64,000 nucleotides of DNA from Candidatus Micrarchaeota archaeon (GCA_014727925.1 WJMN01000025.1:2575-66574), one strand, 5' to 3'. Shown: positions 18,662-28,611, counted from the first letter of the stretch. The notes: a model not told the origin generated them from the sequence alone. Numbers and translations are program-made.

Positions 18662-18964
18662 ATGGTTGAAGATAAAGCAACTGGGAAAAAAAGGCCCCTC
18701 TCAATAAGAGGTGCAAGACTGGTGGGCAAAGTAGTCAGTGACAAGAACAAGAAAACCGTTGTTGTTGAAAGAGACATGATAAAGAAAATAACCAAGTATA
18801 AGAGGATGGCAAGGGGCCGCTCCAGGGTTCAGGCACACAACCCTGATGAAATTGGGGCAAATGTGGGGGACATTGTTAGGATTGGAGAAACAAGAAAAAT
18901 AAGCAAGACAAAGTCCTGGACAGTTATTGAAATAATTTCAAAAGCAGAAGAGGTGGAAGCATGA
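18662..18964 (+). CDS. rps17: 30S ribosomal protein uS17
   Basis: GKVVSDK..KTVVV, KYKR and ETRKISKTK motifs. Confidence 0.96.
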   Translation: MVEDKATGKKRPLSIRGARLVGKVVSDKNKKTVVVERDMIKKITKYKRMARGRSRVQAHNPDEIGANVGDIVRIGETRKISKTKSWTVIEIISKAEEVEA

Positions 18965-19359
18965 AAGGCCTTGGTTCACATATTCCAAAAACACTTACGC
19001 TCGGAAGCAGGCTGCTCTGCCATGACAACTCAGGAGCAAAGCAGCTGCAGATAATCGGGGTTTCGGGATACCGCGGTGTGCGTGGGAGAAACCCCAAAGC
19101 AGGAGTGGGAGACACAGTAATCGGCTCTGTGAAAAAAGGAAAGCCGGATATGGTGAAAAAGAAGGTGAAGGCAATAGTGATAAGGCAGAAGAAAGAAATT
19201 GGAAGGCCAAATGGTCTGCACGTGGGATTTGAGGACAATGCCTGCGTGCTGGTGAATGATGAGCACCTTCCGATTGGCACGGAAATCAAGGGGGTCGTGG
19301 CCAAGGAAATTGCCGAAAAATTCCCAAAGGTTGCTGCGATAGCACCGGGAGTGGTATGA
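18961..19359 (+). CDS. rpl14: 50S ribosomal protein uL14
   Basis: DNSGAK, VKKGKP and FEDNACVLV motifs. Confidence 0.97.
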   Translation: MKGLGSHIPKTLTLGSRLLCHDNSGAKQLQIIGVSGYRGVRGRNPKAGVGDTVIGSVKKGKPDMVKKKVKAIVIRQKKEIGRPNGLHVGFEDNACVLVNDEHLPIGTEIKGVVAKEIAEKFPKVAAIAPGVV

Positions 19360-19368
19360 GGGATAATC

Positions 19369-19716
19369 ATGAAAAGAAGAAAGGAAAGAAGAAAAATTTA
19401 CACTGAAAAACTGCATGAGAAACGGGCAAGGCTCAGGGTGCACCTCCCAAAGGAACTCAGGGAAAGTGCAAAGATGGGCAGGAGGTCTGTGCTGATAAAC
19501 AAGGGGGATACCGTAGAGGTAATGCGGGGGAAACACAAAGGAAAGAGTGCCAAGGTGCAGAAAGTGAGCCACACAAAAGGAAAAGTTTACCTTGAGGGAA
19601 TTACCCTTAGGAATGCAAGAGGGGTGGAAAGCCTTGTGCCATTTCCGCCTTCAAATCTCAAGATGGTTTCCATGAAAGAATCTGCCCACAGGAAGGGCAT
19701 GGTGAGAGGTGAGTAG
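19369..19716 (+). CDS. rpl24: 50S ribosomal protein uL24
   Basis: KOW motif KGDTVEVMRGKHKG; PSNL. Confidence 0.95.
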   Translation: MKRRKERRKIYTEKLHEKRARLRVHLPKELRESAKMGRRSVLINKGDTVEVMRGKHKGKSAKVQKVSHTKGKVYLEGITLRNARGVESLVPFPPSNLKMVSMKESAHRKGMVRGE

Positions 19717-19717
19717 A

Positions 19718-20416
19718 ATGGGCAAGAGAGGAAGAAAAGGACACACCAAAAGGATAGCGGTTCCAAAAGCGGTGCCCGTCCATGACAAAAAAGAAACATT
19801 CTGGATAGCAAATACCAGGCCGGGTTCCCATTCAAAAAAGAAGAGCATGCCGCTTGTTGTGCTGCTCAGGGAAGTGCTTGGGGTAGCAGAAACTTCGGGA
19901 GAAGTAAAAACTATACTCAACGAGAGGAAAGTGCTTATAGACGGGATCCCGAGGACCGACCACAGGTCGCCTGTAGGGTTCATGGACATTGTTTCCCTTC
20001 CGCTCGCTGATGAACATTACAGAATAACTGTGAGAAATGGAAGGCTGTTCCCTGAGAAGATTGAAAAGGAGCAGGCTGCAGTCAAGCTGCTGAAAGTTAC
20101 GGGGAAGAGAACAGATGGAGGAAACAAAATAGTGCTCGGGCTGCATGATGGAAGGAACATGGTTGGGGACAACAACGTGAAAGCAGGGGACACCGTGGAG
20201 TATCTTCTTGAGGAAAAGAAGATGGGAAAGGTGCATAAATTCGAAAAAGGAGCAAAATGCATAATCACAGATGGAAAGCACTCGGGAACGGTGGTCACAC
20301 TAGAGGAGATATTCCCAAGTGAAACAGGAAGGCCTGCAGAGGCCCTAGTCAGCTCCGGAGATGGAAACGAGAGCTTCAGGACACTTGCAGGGTACCTGTT
20401 TGTGGTGGGTGAGTGA
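19718..20416 (+). CDS. rps4e: 30S ribosomal protein eS4
   Basis: HTKRIAVP, PGSH, PVGFMD, LHDGRN and GKHSG motifs. Confidence 0.95.
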   Translation: MGKRGRKGHTKRIAVPKAVPVHDKKETFWIANTRPGSHSKKKSMPLVVLLREVLGVAETSGEVKTILNERKVLIDGIPRTDHRSPVGFMDIVSLPLADEHYRITVRNGRLFPEKIEKEQAAVKLLKVTGKRTDGGNKIVLGLHDGRNMVGDNNVKAGDTVEYLLEEKKMGKVHKFEKGAKCIITDGKHSGTVVTLEEIFPSETGRPAEALVSSGDGNESFRTLAGYLFVVGE

Positions 20417-20418
20417 GA

Positions 20419-20937
20419 ATGGCAGAAAAAGAGAACCCCATGAAGGAGATAATCGTGGAGAAAGTCACTGTAAACATGGGCGTGGGGGAACCCGGGCAGC
20501 CGCTTGAAAACGCAAAAAAGCTCCTGGAGAATCTTAGCGGGAGAAACGTAGTAGAGACAACCGCAAAAAAGAGGAACCCAACCTTCAGGCTCAGGAAGGG
20601 GCTTCCAATTGGGGTAAAAACAACTCTAAGAGGTGAGGGTGCAGTAGCTTTCCTTGAAAAGGCGCTCGCTGCCAGAAAGAAGGTTCTCAGCGAATCAAAC
20701 TTTGATAAGAGGGGCAACTTTGCATTCGGAATAAAGGAATACATTGACTTTCCCGGTGCAAAATACGACCCTTCAATAGGGATGCTTGGCTTTGATGTTT
20801 GCGTTACCCTGGGAAGGAGGGGGAGCAGGATAAAAAAGCGCGCCCTCAACACTGCAAAGGAAGGGCGCGGGCACGTGCTGTCAAAGGAGGAGGCAATAGA
20901 ATTTGCAAAATCCAAGCTTGATGTTAATCTGGAGTGA
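20419..20937 (+). CDS. rpl5: 50S ribosomal protein uL5
   Basis: NPM..I.VEKVTVNMGVG, PIGVKTTLRG and FGIKEYIDFPG motifs. Confidence 0.97.
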   Translation: MAEKENPMKEIIVEKVTVNMGVGEPGQPLENAKKLLENLSGRNVVETTAKKRNPTFRLRKGLPIGVKTTLRGEGAVAFLEKALAARKKVLSESNFDKRGNFAFGIKEYIDFPGAKYDPSIGMLGFDVCVTLGRRGSRIKKRALNTAKEGRGHVLSKEEAIEFAKSKLDVNLE

Positions 20938-20941
20938 TCAC

Positions 20942-21100
20942 ATGGCAAAGGTTCCACCTGAAGAAAAATACAAAGGAAAAGGAAAACGGAAATGCAGGAT
21001 ATGCGGAACTGCAAAAGCAGTAATACGGAAATACGACCTCTACATATGCAGGAGGTGCTTCCGTGAAGTAGGGGAATCCATAGGGTTCCGCCAATATTAG
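20942..21100 (+). CDS. rps14: 30S ribosomal protein uS14 (Zn-type)
   Basis: CRICG...ICRRCFRE...GF motif. Confidence 0.95.
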   Translation: MAKVPPEEKYKGKGKRKCRICGTAKAVIRKYDLYICRRCFREVGESIGFRQY

Positions 21101-21109
21101 GTGATATGC

Positions 21110-21496
21110 ATGGCAATAGATCTTCTTGGAGACGCGATGAACACCATAAAAACCCATGAGAGACAGGGGATACAGGAATGTACCGTAAGGGCATCTAAGC
21201 TAGTGGGGGAAATACTCGGGCTGTTCAAGGAAAATGGATATGTTGAGAAATATGAATTCGTGGATGACGGCAAAGGTGGAAACTACAAAGTGAAGCTGGG
21301 CGGATTCATAAACAACTGCGGGGTAATCAAGCCAAGGATGGCAGTTAAAAGAGGAGACTGGGCAAAGGTGGAGCAGATGCATATTCCTGGAGTTGGGGTT
21401 GGAATGATAGCAGTCTCAACCCCGGCAGGAATAATCACGAACAGAGAAGCCCAGGAGAAGCAGGTTGGTGGAAAGCTGCTTGCGTTTGTATATTAG
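21110..21496 (+). CDS. rps8: 30S ribosomal protein uS8
   Basis: INNCGVIKPR, VSTPAG and GGKLLAFVY motifs. Confidence 0.96.
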   Translation: MAIDLLGDAMNTIKTHERQGIQECTVRASKLVGEILGLFKENGYVEKYEFVDDGKGGNYKVKLGGFINNCGVIKPRMAVKRGDWAKVEQMHIPGVGVGMIAVSTPAGIITNREAQEKQVGGKLLAFVY

Positions 21497-21517
21497 ATAG
21501 ATGATGTGTGTGATAGT

Positions 21518-22015
21518 ATGATAGAAATGAAAGTACCTGCAGGTGTTGAAGTTGCCTTGGAAAGAAACAAGGCAACTGTCAGCGGACCCAATGGCTCCGT
21601 TGAAAGGGAGTTTAGAGGAACTACCCTTGACCTCAGGCTCGAAGGCGACAAGCTCATGATAGTGGGCAAAAATAAGGCCATCGAGCACACCGTAAGGGCA
21701 CATTTCAGGAACATGTTTGAGGGCGTTACCGAAGGATTTAGAAGAAAGATGATAATCCGGTATGCCCACTTCCCCATGACCCTGGAAGTGAGAGGCAAGA
21801 ACATAGTTATCTCCAACTTCATTGGAGAGCGGAAGCCACGGAAAACAAAGGTCCATGGAGATGCGAAAGTTGAAGTGAAGGGGCAGGAAGTGATAATTTC
21901 CGGCCCGGACAAGGAAGCGGTTGGTCAGACGGTTGCTAACATAAGGAAAACAACCAAGATCAAAACCCATGACAACAGGATATTCCAGGATGGAATTTAT
22001 CCTGTAGAGGAGTAG
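21518..22015 (+). CDS. rpl6: 50S ribosomal protein uL6
   Basis: YAHFPM, NFIGER, VGQTVANI and RIFQDGIY motifs. Confidence 0.96.
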   Translation: MIEMKVPAGVEVALERNKATVSGPNGSVEREFRGTTLDLRLEGDKLMIVGKNKAIEHTVRAHFRNMFEGVTEGFRRKMIIRYAHFPMTLEVRGKNIVISNFIGERKPRKTKVHGDAKVEVKGQEVIISGPDKEAVGQTVANIRKTTKIKTHDNRIFQDGIYPVEE

Positions 22016-22024
22016 GTGGTATTC

Positions 22025-22450
22025 ATGGCAGAAGAAAAAGGGAAAAAGGCATCTTCTTCAAACACAGGAAAAAAGGAAAAACCGAAAAGATATTCGGTGA
22101 AGAAGAAGGCAAAGAAAACATTCTATGTCCCAAACTCAACAGGGAAGCGCAGGATGAAAAGCGTAAAGCCCAGGTGGAGGCGGCCCAGGGGAGAAGACAA
22201 CAAGAAAAAGCGGAAGAAAGCGTTCTTTGGGGCTTCGCCCAGAGTGGGAAACAAAAACGCGCCGGAGATGAGTGGGCTCCATGTGCTCGGGCTGCCTGAA
22301 ATCCTTGTAAGCAACCCTTCAGAACTTGAAGGGGCAGAAGAAGTCCTGGTAAGGATTGCAGCCGGAGTCGGCAAAAGAAAGAGAGAAGAGATAATCAAGA
22401 AGGCAGAGGGGATGAACCTCAGGGTACTCAACAAAGGGGTGAAAAAATGA
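22025..22450 (+). CDS. rpl32e: 50S ribosomal protein eL32
   Basis: WRRPRGEDNK and IAAGVGKRKR..I motifs. Confidence 0.93.
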   Translation: MAEEKGKKASSSNTGKKEKPKRYSVKKKAKKTFYVPNSTGKRRMKSVKPRWRRPRGEDNKKKRKKAFFGASPRVGNKNAPEMSGLHVLGLPEILVSNPSELEGAEEVLVRIAAGVGKRKREEIIKKAEGMNLRVLNKGVKK

Positions 22451-22947
22451 GTGCAGACACGATAAAACGGCTCGCCGCAGACATCATGAAAGTAGGCAAA
22501 AACAGGGTAAGGATAAAAGAAGGGGAATATGCAAGGGCGATGGAAGCACTTACCCGTGAAGATGTAAAGGGGCTTATAGATGATGGGGCAATCTACAGCC
22601 TAAGATACGTTGGGGAAAGGAAAAAGCCGGTGAAAAAGAGGAAGGGCCCGGGAAAGCGCAAAGGAAAGAAATACTCCAGAAAAGGCAAAAAAGAAGCCTG
22701 GATGGAAAAAGTGCGCTCCCAGAGAAAGTACCTCAAAGAGCTGCTTGAGAGCGGAGAGCTCCCGGCAGAGCACAGGAGAAATATTTACCTTAAGATAAAG
22801 GGCGGCTCCTTCAGGGGAAAAAAGGCACTGCTTACTTACCTGAAAGAAAACGAGTACTATGCAGAGCCAAAAGCAAAACCAGAGAAAGCGGAAAAATCCG
22901 CAGAAAAGGAGACGCCGAAAAAACCTGAGAAAGAGGTAAAGGAGTGA
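22447..22947 (+). CDS. rpl19e: 50S ribosomal protein eL19
   Basis: KRLAADIMKVG..RV, TREDV, GPGKRKG, W...VR.QR and KGGSF motifs. Confidence 0.95.
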   Translation: MSADTIKRLAADIMKVGKNRVRIKEGEYARAMEALTREDVKGLIDDGAIYSLRYVGERKKPVKKRKGPGKRKGKKYSRKGKKEAWMEKVRSQRKYLKELLESGELPAEHRRNIYLKIKGGSFRGKKALLTYLKENEYYAEPKAKPEKAEKSAEKETPKKPEKEVKE

Positions 22948-22951
22948 TTAC

Positions 22952-23530
22952 ATGGCAAAAGCAAAAGGACCAACATACTCTGTTCCCTTCCGGAGAAGAA
23001 AGGAAAGGGCAACAGACTACAGAAAAAGGCTTGGGCTGGTAAAATCAGGAAAGCCTAGGCTGGTCGTGAGAAAGACAAACAAGCGCGTGCTGGTGCAGCT
23101 CGTGGAATTCCAGCCTGCGGGAGACAGGGTAATCCTCTCAGTTAATTCAGACAAACTGAAGAAATTCAAGTGGGCCTCTCGGAGCAACCTTCCAACTGCA
23201 TACCTAACAGGGTATTATGCAGGGGTGCTCGGAAAAAAGGCAGGTCTGAAGGAATTCGTGCTGGACATTGGGCTGGTGCGCCCAATAGTCGGAGGGCTCT
23301 CCTTCGCTGCCCAGAAAGGTGCAGCAGATGCAGGCCTGGAAACGCCCATGGGAGAAAATATAGTTGATGAAAACAGGGTGAAGGGGAAACACATAGAGGA
23401 ATTTGCAAAATTGCTTTCAGATGCAGAATACAAAAAGAAGTTCTCAGCTTACCTGAAAGAGGGCTTTGACCCAAGGAAGTTTACCGAGCTTTTTGAAAGT
23501 GTGAAGGAGGCAATAAGCAAGGAGGCATGA
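22952..23530 (+). CDS. rpl18: 50S ribosomal protein uL18
   Basis: FRRRKE..TDY..R, RLVVRKTN, NLPTAYLTG and LDIGL motifs. Confidence 0.96.
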   Translation: MAKAKGPTYSVPFRRRKERATDYRKRLGLVKSGKPRLVVRKTNKRVLVQLVEFQPAGDRVILSVNSDKLKKFKWASRSNLPTAYLTGYYAGVLGKKAGLKEFVLDIGLVRPIVGGLSFAAQKGAADAGLETPMGENIVDENRVKGKHIEEFAKLLSDAEYKKKFSAYLKEGFDPRKFTELFESVKEAISKEA

Positions 23531-23534
23531 TCAT

Positions 23535-24197
23535 ATGGGAAGAAGAGGCAAAAGAAGAAGGCAGGAAAAAGTACGGATGCTTGATATTGAGGCATGGGAA
23601 CCAAAAACAGAGATAGGGAGGCTTGTAAAAAGCAAGGAAGTCAACACAATAGAAGAGATATTCAACCGTGGAAAGCCGATACTTGAACCTGAGATAATTG
23701 ATGCCCTCCTGCCGGAACTGGAAGCAGAGATACTGAGCGTAAGCCCGACACAGAGGGCTACAGACTCCGGAAGAAAAATGTCCTTCCGGGTAATTGCAGT
23801 AATCGGTGACAAGAAAGGCCATGTAGGGATAGGTGTCGGAAAGAACAATGAGGTAAAGCCGGCAATAGATTATGCAATGCTTGATGCAAGGAAGAATATT
23901 GTGGGAGTAAAAACCGGATGCGGCTCCTGGGAGTGCAAATGCGGAGCCCTCCATTCAATTCCCAGGGAGGCAAAAGGAAAATATGGGAGTACCGAAGTTA
24001 CTCTCAAGCCAGCGCCAAAAGGCCTTGGGCTTGCAGCAAACTCCACTATCAAACAGGTGCTTGAAACCGCAGGAGTGAGGGACATCTGGAGTTTTGCAAG
24101 GGGATCCACCTCCAATATATACAATATGGCCATGGCAACGATAAACGCTCTTGACTCGCTTAACAAGATGAAGCCCCAGCCGGGTGATAAGATATGA
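23535..24197 (+). CDS. rps5: 30S ribosomal protein uS5
   Basis: WEPKTEIG, TDSGR, GCGSWEC and PAPKGLGL motifs. Confidence 0.96.
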   Translation: MGRRGKRRRQEKVRMLDIEAWEPKTEIGRLVKSKEVNTIEEIFNRGKPILEPEIIDALLPELEAEILSVSPTQRATDSGRKMSFRVIAVIGDKKGHVGIGVGKNNEVKPAIDYAMLDARKNIVGVKTGCGSWECKCGALHSIPREAKGKYGSTEVTLKPAPKGLGLAANSTIKQVLETAGVRDIWSFARGSTSNIYNMAMATINALDSLNKMKPQPGDKI

Positions 24198-24625
24198 AAA
24201 TCGCAATAGTTAAGGTAAGGGGAAGAAGGAACATCTCCCCCAGAATAGCAAAAACCCTTGAGCTGCTCAACCTTGAGCGGACCAACAACTGCGTAGTGAT
24301 TGAGGACACCCCCCAAAACATGGGCATGGTGCAGGTTTGCAAGGACTACATAACGTATGGGCCCATAGGTGAAAAAACCCTGTTTGAACTTCTCAGGAAG
24401 AGAGGGGAGAAGGGGGGCAGGAAACTCAGGGAGGTTATGGAAGAAGAAGAGATAAAGCAGGCCACGAGCAAGATAATGCATGAAGAGAAAGTGCAGAATT
24501 TTGCAGACCCTGTGTTCAGGCTGCACCCTCCCGGAAAGGGCTACAAAAACATTAAAAAGCCGGCACCCGAAGGAGACCTGGGCAGGAGGAACGAGATGGA
24601 CTCCCTTGTTAAAAAAATGATGTAA
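24194..24625 (+). CDS. rpl30: 50S ribosomal protein uL30 (archaeal long form)
   Basis: TLELLNL..N.CV, DYITYG and FRLHPP..G motifs. Confidence 0.95.
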   Translation: MKIAIVKVRGRRNISPRIAKTLELLNLERTNNCVVIEDTPQNMGMVQVCKDYITYGPIGEKTLFELLRKRGEKGGRKLREVMEEEEIKQATSKIMHEEKVQNFADPVFRLHPPGKGYKNIKKPAPEGDLGRRNEMDSLVKKMM

Positions 24626-24638
24626 AGAGGTGATGCTA

Positions 24639-25028
24639 ATGCCGGAAAGGAAAGACAGGAAAATAAAAAAGTACCGTGGAACCAGGAGCTGCGGGACAGG
24701 CAACACTAAAAACAAGAGGGGTTCAGGCTGTAGGGGAGGCGTAGGGAACGCAGGGCTGCACAAGCACAAGTGGAGCTGGGTAACCAAAAACGACCCCAAT
24801 CGGTATGGGAGAGAGGGGCTGAAGAGAAAGGGCCACAGGCTGAAGGTAATGAACCTGTACCAAATAGACTCGCTTGCCGAAAAAGGAGAAAAGAAAGTGG
24901 AGTTCAAGGGTAAAATCCTTGGCACAGGGAAAATCAGGAGCCCGGTTGAAGTAAAGGCCCTTTCCTGGAGCGCAAGGGCAGAGGAAAAGATAACTGAAGC
25001 AGGCGGGAAAATCTCCAAAATAGAGTGA
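24639..25028 (+). CDS. rpl15: 50S ribosomal protein uL15
   Basis: RGSGCRGGVGNAG..KHK, KILGTG and A.EKI..AGG motifs. Confidence 0.95.
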   Translation: MPERKDRKIKKYRGTRSCGTGNTKNKRGSGCRGGVGNAGLHKHKWSWVTKNDPNRYGREGLKRKGHRLKVMNLYQIDSLAEKGEKKVEFKGKILGTGKIRSPVEVKALSWSARAEEKITEAGGKISKIE

Positions 25029-25033
25029 ATATT

Positions 25034-26455
25034 ATGGGCGCAATCCTTGAATTTGGGCACAGCATAGCAAAAATGCTTCCTGAAATAAAGCCGCCGGTCA
25101 GGCCGCCGGAGGTAAAGGAAAGGTTCATGTGGACAGGGCTTGCGCTGTTCACATTCTTCTTAATGTACAACGTGATTGCCGTAGGTGCAGAAGATGCTGG
25201 AGGGGGCTTTGATTTCCTCCAGATGATTACAGCATCAAAACTCGGCAGTCTGCTGACCACAAGTATCGGTCCGATAGTATTGGCCAGCATTTTTCTCCAG
25301 CTTTTCTCAGGTGCAGGAATAATTGATCTGGACCCGAAAAACCCAAAGGAAAAGGCGAAATTCCAGGAACTCCAGAAAATCCTGGCGATTGCCATTGCAC
25401 TTATTGAAGCGGCAATTTTTGTGATGACCGGGAGGGTTATGCTTGCCGAAGGGATGGACCCCGCAATTGCAATGCCTCTGGTCATACTGCAGATTACAAT
25501 GGGTTCAATAATCGTGCTCTACCTTGATGAAGTTGTAACTAAATACGGAATAGGAAGCGGAATCAGCCTGTTTATTGCTGCAGGAGTTTCATTCTCAATA
25601 ATAGGGGGTGCCATAGGCCTGGTTTTCGGTGAATCCGGGGTGCTTTCGGTTATGGCAGGCGGGGGAGCAGAAGCGATTCCAAATGCGCTTATTGTGCTGG
25701 CCCCGATACTGGTAACTATCATCGTATGGTTTGCAGTATCGTACGGAGAAGGGATGAAAGTAGAAATACCCCTGGCATATCAAAGGGCAAGGGGCCTGAG
25801 CCCCAAGCTACCCCTGAACCTGTTTTACCTTTCTAATATTCCTGTAATTTTTGCAAGTGCCCTACTGATGAATGTGCAGCTGTTTGCAGTCGGGCTCGCC
25901 GGGCTGAGCTTCACTGTTGGGGGCGTGGATGTGGTTCATGTTCTTGGGTATGTGGATGCAAACAACCAGCTTACAGACGGGATTTTGTACCTCCTGACTC
26001 CGATTTACGGTGGGGGGCAGAACACCCTTGCGCATATAAACTTCATACTTAATGGGGTTACTCCGTTATTTGGAATACCCGAATGGGTACATGCAATAGT
26101 ATATGTTTTGTTCCTGTCCATGGTTTCTGTGCTGTTTGGTAAATTCTGGGCAGAAACATCAAACATGGACACAAAGGGAATGACTGACCAGCTTATCCAG
26201 TCAGGGATGCAGATACCTGGCTGGAGAACAGACAGGAGAATGCTGGAAAAAATACTGGATAAATACATCCCCCCGCTAATATTCCTGGGTTCATTCTTGG
26301 TCGGGCTGCTTGCAGGCCTTGCAGACCTTAGCGGGGCACTGGGTACAGGAACGGGTATATTGCTTACAGTCAGCATCTTCTACAGGACATACCAGCAGAT
26401 GAAGAGGCAGAAGATGCTGGAAAGCACTCCTTTCCTAAATGAAATCTTAGGGTGA
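25034..26455 (+). CDS. secY: preprotein translocase SecY
   Basis: Multiple TM segments; IGPIV.ASI, YGIGSGISLFIAAG, Y.SNIPVI and GTGILLTV motifs. Confidence 0.97.
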   Translation: MGAILEFGHSIAKMLPEIKPPVRPPEVKERFMWTGLALFTFFLMYNVIAVGAEDAGGGFDFLQMITASKLGSLLTTSIGPIVLASIFLQLFSGAGIIDLDPKNPKEKAKFQELQKILAIAIALIEAAIFVMTGRVMLAEGMDPAIAMPLVILQITMGSIIVLYLDEVVTKYGIGSGISLFIAAGVSFSIIGGAIGLVFGESGVLSVMAGGGAEAIPNALIVLAPILVTIIVWFAVSYGEGMKVEIPLAYQRARGLSPKLPLNLFYLSNIPVIFASALLMNVQLFAVGLAGLSFTVGGVDVVHVLGYVDANNQLTDGILYLLTPIYGGGQNTLAHINFILNGVTPLFGIPEWVHAIVYVLFLSMVSVLFGKFWAETSNMDTKGMTDQLIQSGMQIPGWRTDRRMLEKILDKYIPPLIFLGSFLVGLLAGLADLSGALGTGTGILLTVSIFYRTYQQMKRQKMLESTPFLNEILG

Positions 26456-26461
26456 AAAAAG

Positions 26462-27001
26462 ATGATAATAGTTATGGGGCTGCCGGGAGCAGGCAAGAGC
26501 ACGGTGCTAGAAGGGCTTTCTGCAGATATAAAACAGCTCAACTACGGCACCATGATGTTTGAGATTGCAAAGGAAAAATTCGGGATTGGAGACAGGGATA
26601 ACATGCGCAAGCTTCCGGTGGAAAACCAGAAAGAGGTGCAGGAAGCTGTTGCAGAAAAGCTGTCCCGGGAAGATGAAAAGGTTGTCCTTGATACGCACTG
26701 CTCTGTGAAAACCTCCAAGGGGTACCTGCCCGGGCTTCCTTTTGGGCTGCTTGAGCGGCTCAGTGTGGAGGGGGTGGTTCTGATAACAGCAAACCCTGAA
26801 GAGATATTTGCAAGAAGGGTGGGGGACCCGAGCAGGGAAAGGGATGAGGAGACTGCCGAAAGTATAAGAGAGCACGATCTTATGAACAAGGCATTCCTTG
26901 CCTCCTATGCTGCACACCGGGGCTGCCCGGCAAAAATAATATACAACTCACAGGGAAAAGCTGAAGAAGCGTCTGCAGAGCTGCAGGCGATACTGGAGTG
27001 A
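26462..27001 (+). CDS. adkA: adenylate kinase (archaeal type)
   Basis: GLPGAGKST P-loop, LDTH and GYLPGLP; position after secY. Confidence 0.93.
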   Translation: MIIVMGLPGAGKSTVLEGLSADIKQLNYGTMMFEIAKEKFGIGDRDNMRKLPVENQKEVQEAVAEKLSREDEKVVLDTHCSVKTSKGYLPGLPFGLLERLSVEGVVLITANPEEIFARRVGDPSRERDEETAESIREHDLMNKAFLASYAAHRGCPAKIIYNSQGKAEEASAELQAILE

Positions 27002-27015
27002 TTTAAGTGATTCCA

Positions 27016-27780
27016 ATGGGTCTTTACTTTTGGTTTGTCACCCTTTGCGGGCTTATCTACTCAGGCATAATCCAGGTTGTAAGGGGAAAGCTTGTGGACA
27101 TGAAGAGAATGAAGGAAGTCCAGAAAGAGATGAACAGCCTCAACAAGGAATACATTGAAGCAATGAAAAAGAAAAATACCAAAAGGATGGAAGAGATCCA
27201 GGAAAAACAGAACAAGGTAATGCCAGAATTCAACGGGATGATGGTCGGCCAGCTTAAAGTGATGGCAGTCATAATAGTAATATTCATGAGCTTCATGTGG
27301 GCTCTGGGGACAATTGACCCACATAAAACCGATGACGCTACAGTGGAGTTCGCAAAAGAAGGGGGTGCCTGGTGCGGGGAAATCCCGCTTTCAGAAGGGG
27401 AGAAGGGTCCCTGGTATGTTGATGTAAAGGCTTTTGAGGGGGACGCGCAGCGGGCGGAAAACGGGACTGTTGTTTATTCCGGGGTTGATGGTGCGAGCTT
27501 CCTGCCTTCAGGAACAATAAGCGGGGAAAAGATGGATGTTTATTCTGAAAAAGAAAGTTATAGTCAGAACGAAAATGCTGTTGTTTGCGCGGAGCCTCCT
27601 GCATACACAACCCGCGTGGTTGCAACAGCAAACAATGGAACCTGGTTCCATGTGAAGCTCCCATTCCAGATACCAGTCCTTAACACAAGGACGCTGAACG
27701 GAGTGAATATCTGGTTCATCATCGTAGCGTTCGTTGGGGGGATTGGAATAGGCCGGATAAAGTCGGCACTTGAAAAATAG
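27016..27780 (+). CDS. DUF106 / EMC3-TMCO1 (Oxa1 superfamily) membrane protein with inserted loop domain
   Basis: TM1, coiled coil (LVDMKRMKEVQ), TM2, insert, then KLPF and TM3 (IWFII); conserved slot between adk and L34e. Confidence 0.8.
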   Translation: MGLYFWFVTLCGLIYSGIIQVVRGKLVDMKRMKEVQKEMNSLNKEYIEAMKKKNTKRMEEIQEKQNKVMPEFNGMMVGQLKVMAVIIVIFMSFMWALGTIDPHKTDDATVEFAKEGGAWCGEIPLSEGEKGPWYVDVKAFEGDAQRAENGTVVYSGVDGASFLPSGTISGEKMDVYSEKESYSQNENAVVCAEPPAYTTRVVATANNGTWFHVKLPFQIPVLNTRTLNGVNIWFIIVAFVGGIGIGRIKSALEK

Positions 27781-27788
27781 GTGATAAT

Positions 27789-28106
27789 ATGCCAGAACCA
27801 AGAAACAGGTCAAGTTCAGTACGGAAAAAAAAGGTGAGGGTTCCCTCAGGAGAAAGCAGGGAGCGCTATGAACGCAGAAAAGGCGGAAAAAAGGCATCCT
27901 GTGCCGTCTGTGGGGCAAAGCTCCAGGGCGTACAGAGAAGCGGCCCAAAAAGCGCCAGGCGGCCGGAAAGGAAATTCGGAGGCGCACTATGCCCAAAATG
28001 CCAGGCTAGTGTGGTAAAAGAAGCGGGCAGGGTAAAAGATGGCTTTAAGAGCATAGAGGATGTGGCCATAATTTACCGCAGGTACGTAGAGGGGATACTG
28101 AAATGA
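27789..28106 (+). CDS. rpl34e: 50S ribosomal protein eL34
   Basis: RVPSG, CAVCG.KL.G and RPERKFGGALCPKC motifs. Confidence 0.95.
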   Translation: MPEPRNRSSSVRKKKVRVPSGESRERYERRKGGKKASCAVCGAKLQGVQRSGPKSARRPERKFGGALCPKCQASVVKEAGRVKDGFKSIEDVAIIYRRYVEGILK

Positions 28107-28606
28107 TAATAGCTGTTTCCGGGCTTTCCGGAAGCGGAAAAAACACATTTGGGAAAGCCCTTGCAGAAACGCTGGGCTACCGGGTAGTTTGTCCCACCTT
28201 CAAGGACCTTGCGGATAAGGAGGGGGTTTCCCTGCTGGAATTCCAGAAAATGGCAGGGAAAAACCCGGAAATAGACAAGAAATTTGATGCGTGCCTTAAG
28301 GAAGAGGCAGCAAAGGGGGACTGTGTTGTGACAACCTGGCTCGGCCCATGGATGGTCAATGCGGACTTCCGAATCTGGATAAGTGCTTCTGAAAAAGTGC
28401 GGGCCCGGAGGCTTGCAGAAAGGGAGGGAATCGGAATGGAAGAAGCAGAGGAGCACATTAAAAAAAGGGATGATGATAACAGGAAAAGGTATCTTGAACT
28501 TTATGGAATAAACATCATGGACCACTCGGGATTTGACCTGGAGATAAGCTCGGAAAAATACCGGCCTCCGGAAATGGTTGAAATAGCCCTGAGGGAAATC
28601 AGGTGA
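28103..28606 (+). CDS. cmk: cytidylate kinase (archaeal type)
   Basis: SGLSGSGK P-loop, ID..FD, R..R...REG and RY..LYGI motifs. Confidence 0.9.
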   Translation: MIIAVSGLSGSGKNTFGKALAETLGYRVVCPTFKDLADKEGVSLLEFQKMAGKNPEIDKKFDACLKEEAAKGDCVVTTWLGPWMVNADFRIWISASEKVRARRLAEREGIGMEEAEEHIKKRDDDNRKRYLELYGINIMDHSGFDLEISSEKYRPPEMVEIALREIR

Positions 28607-28611
28607 AGATT

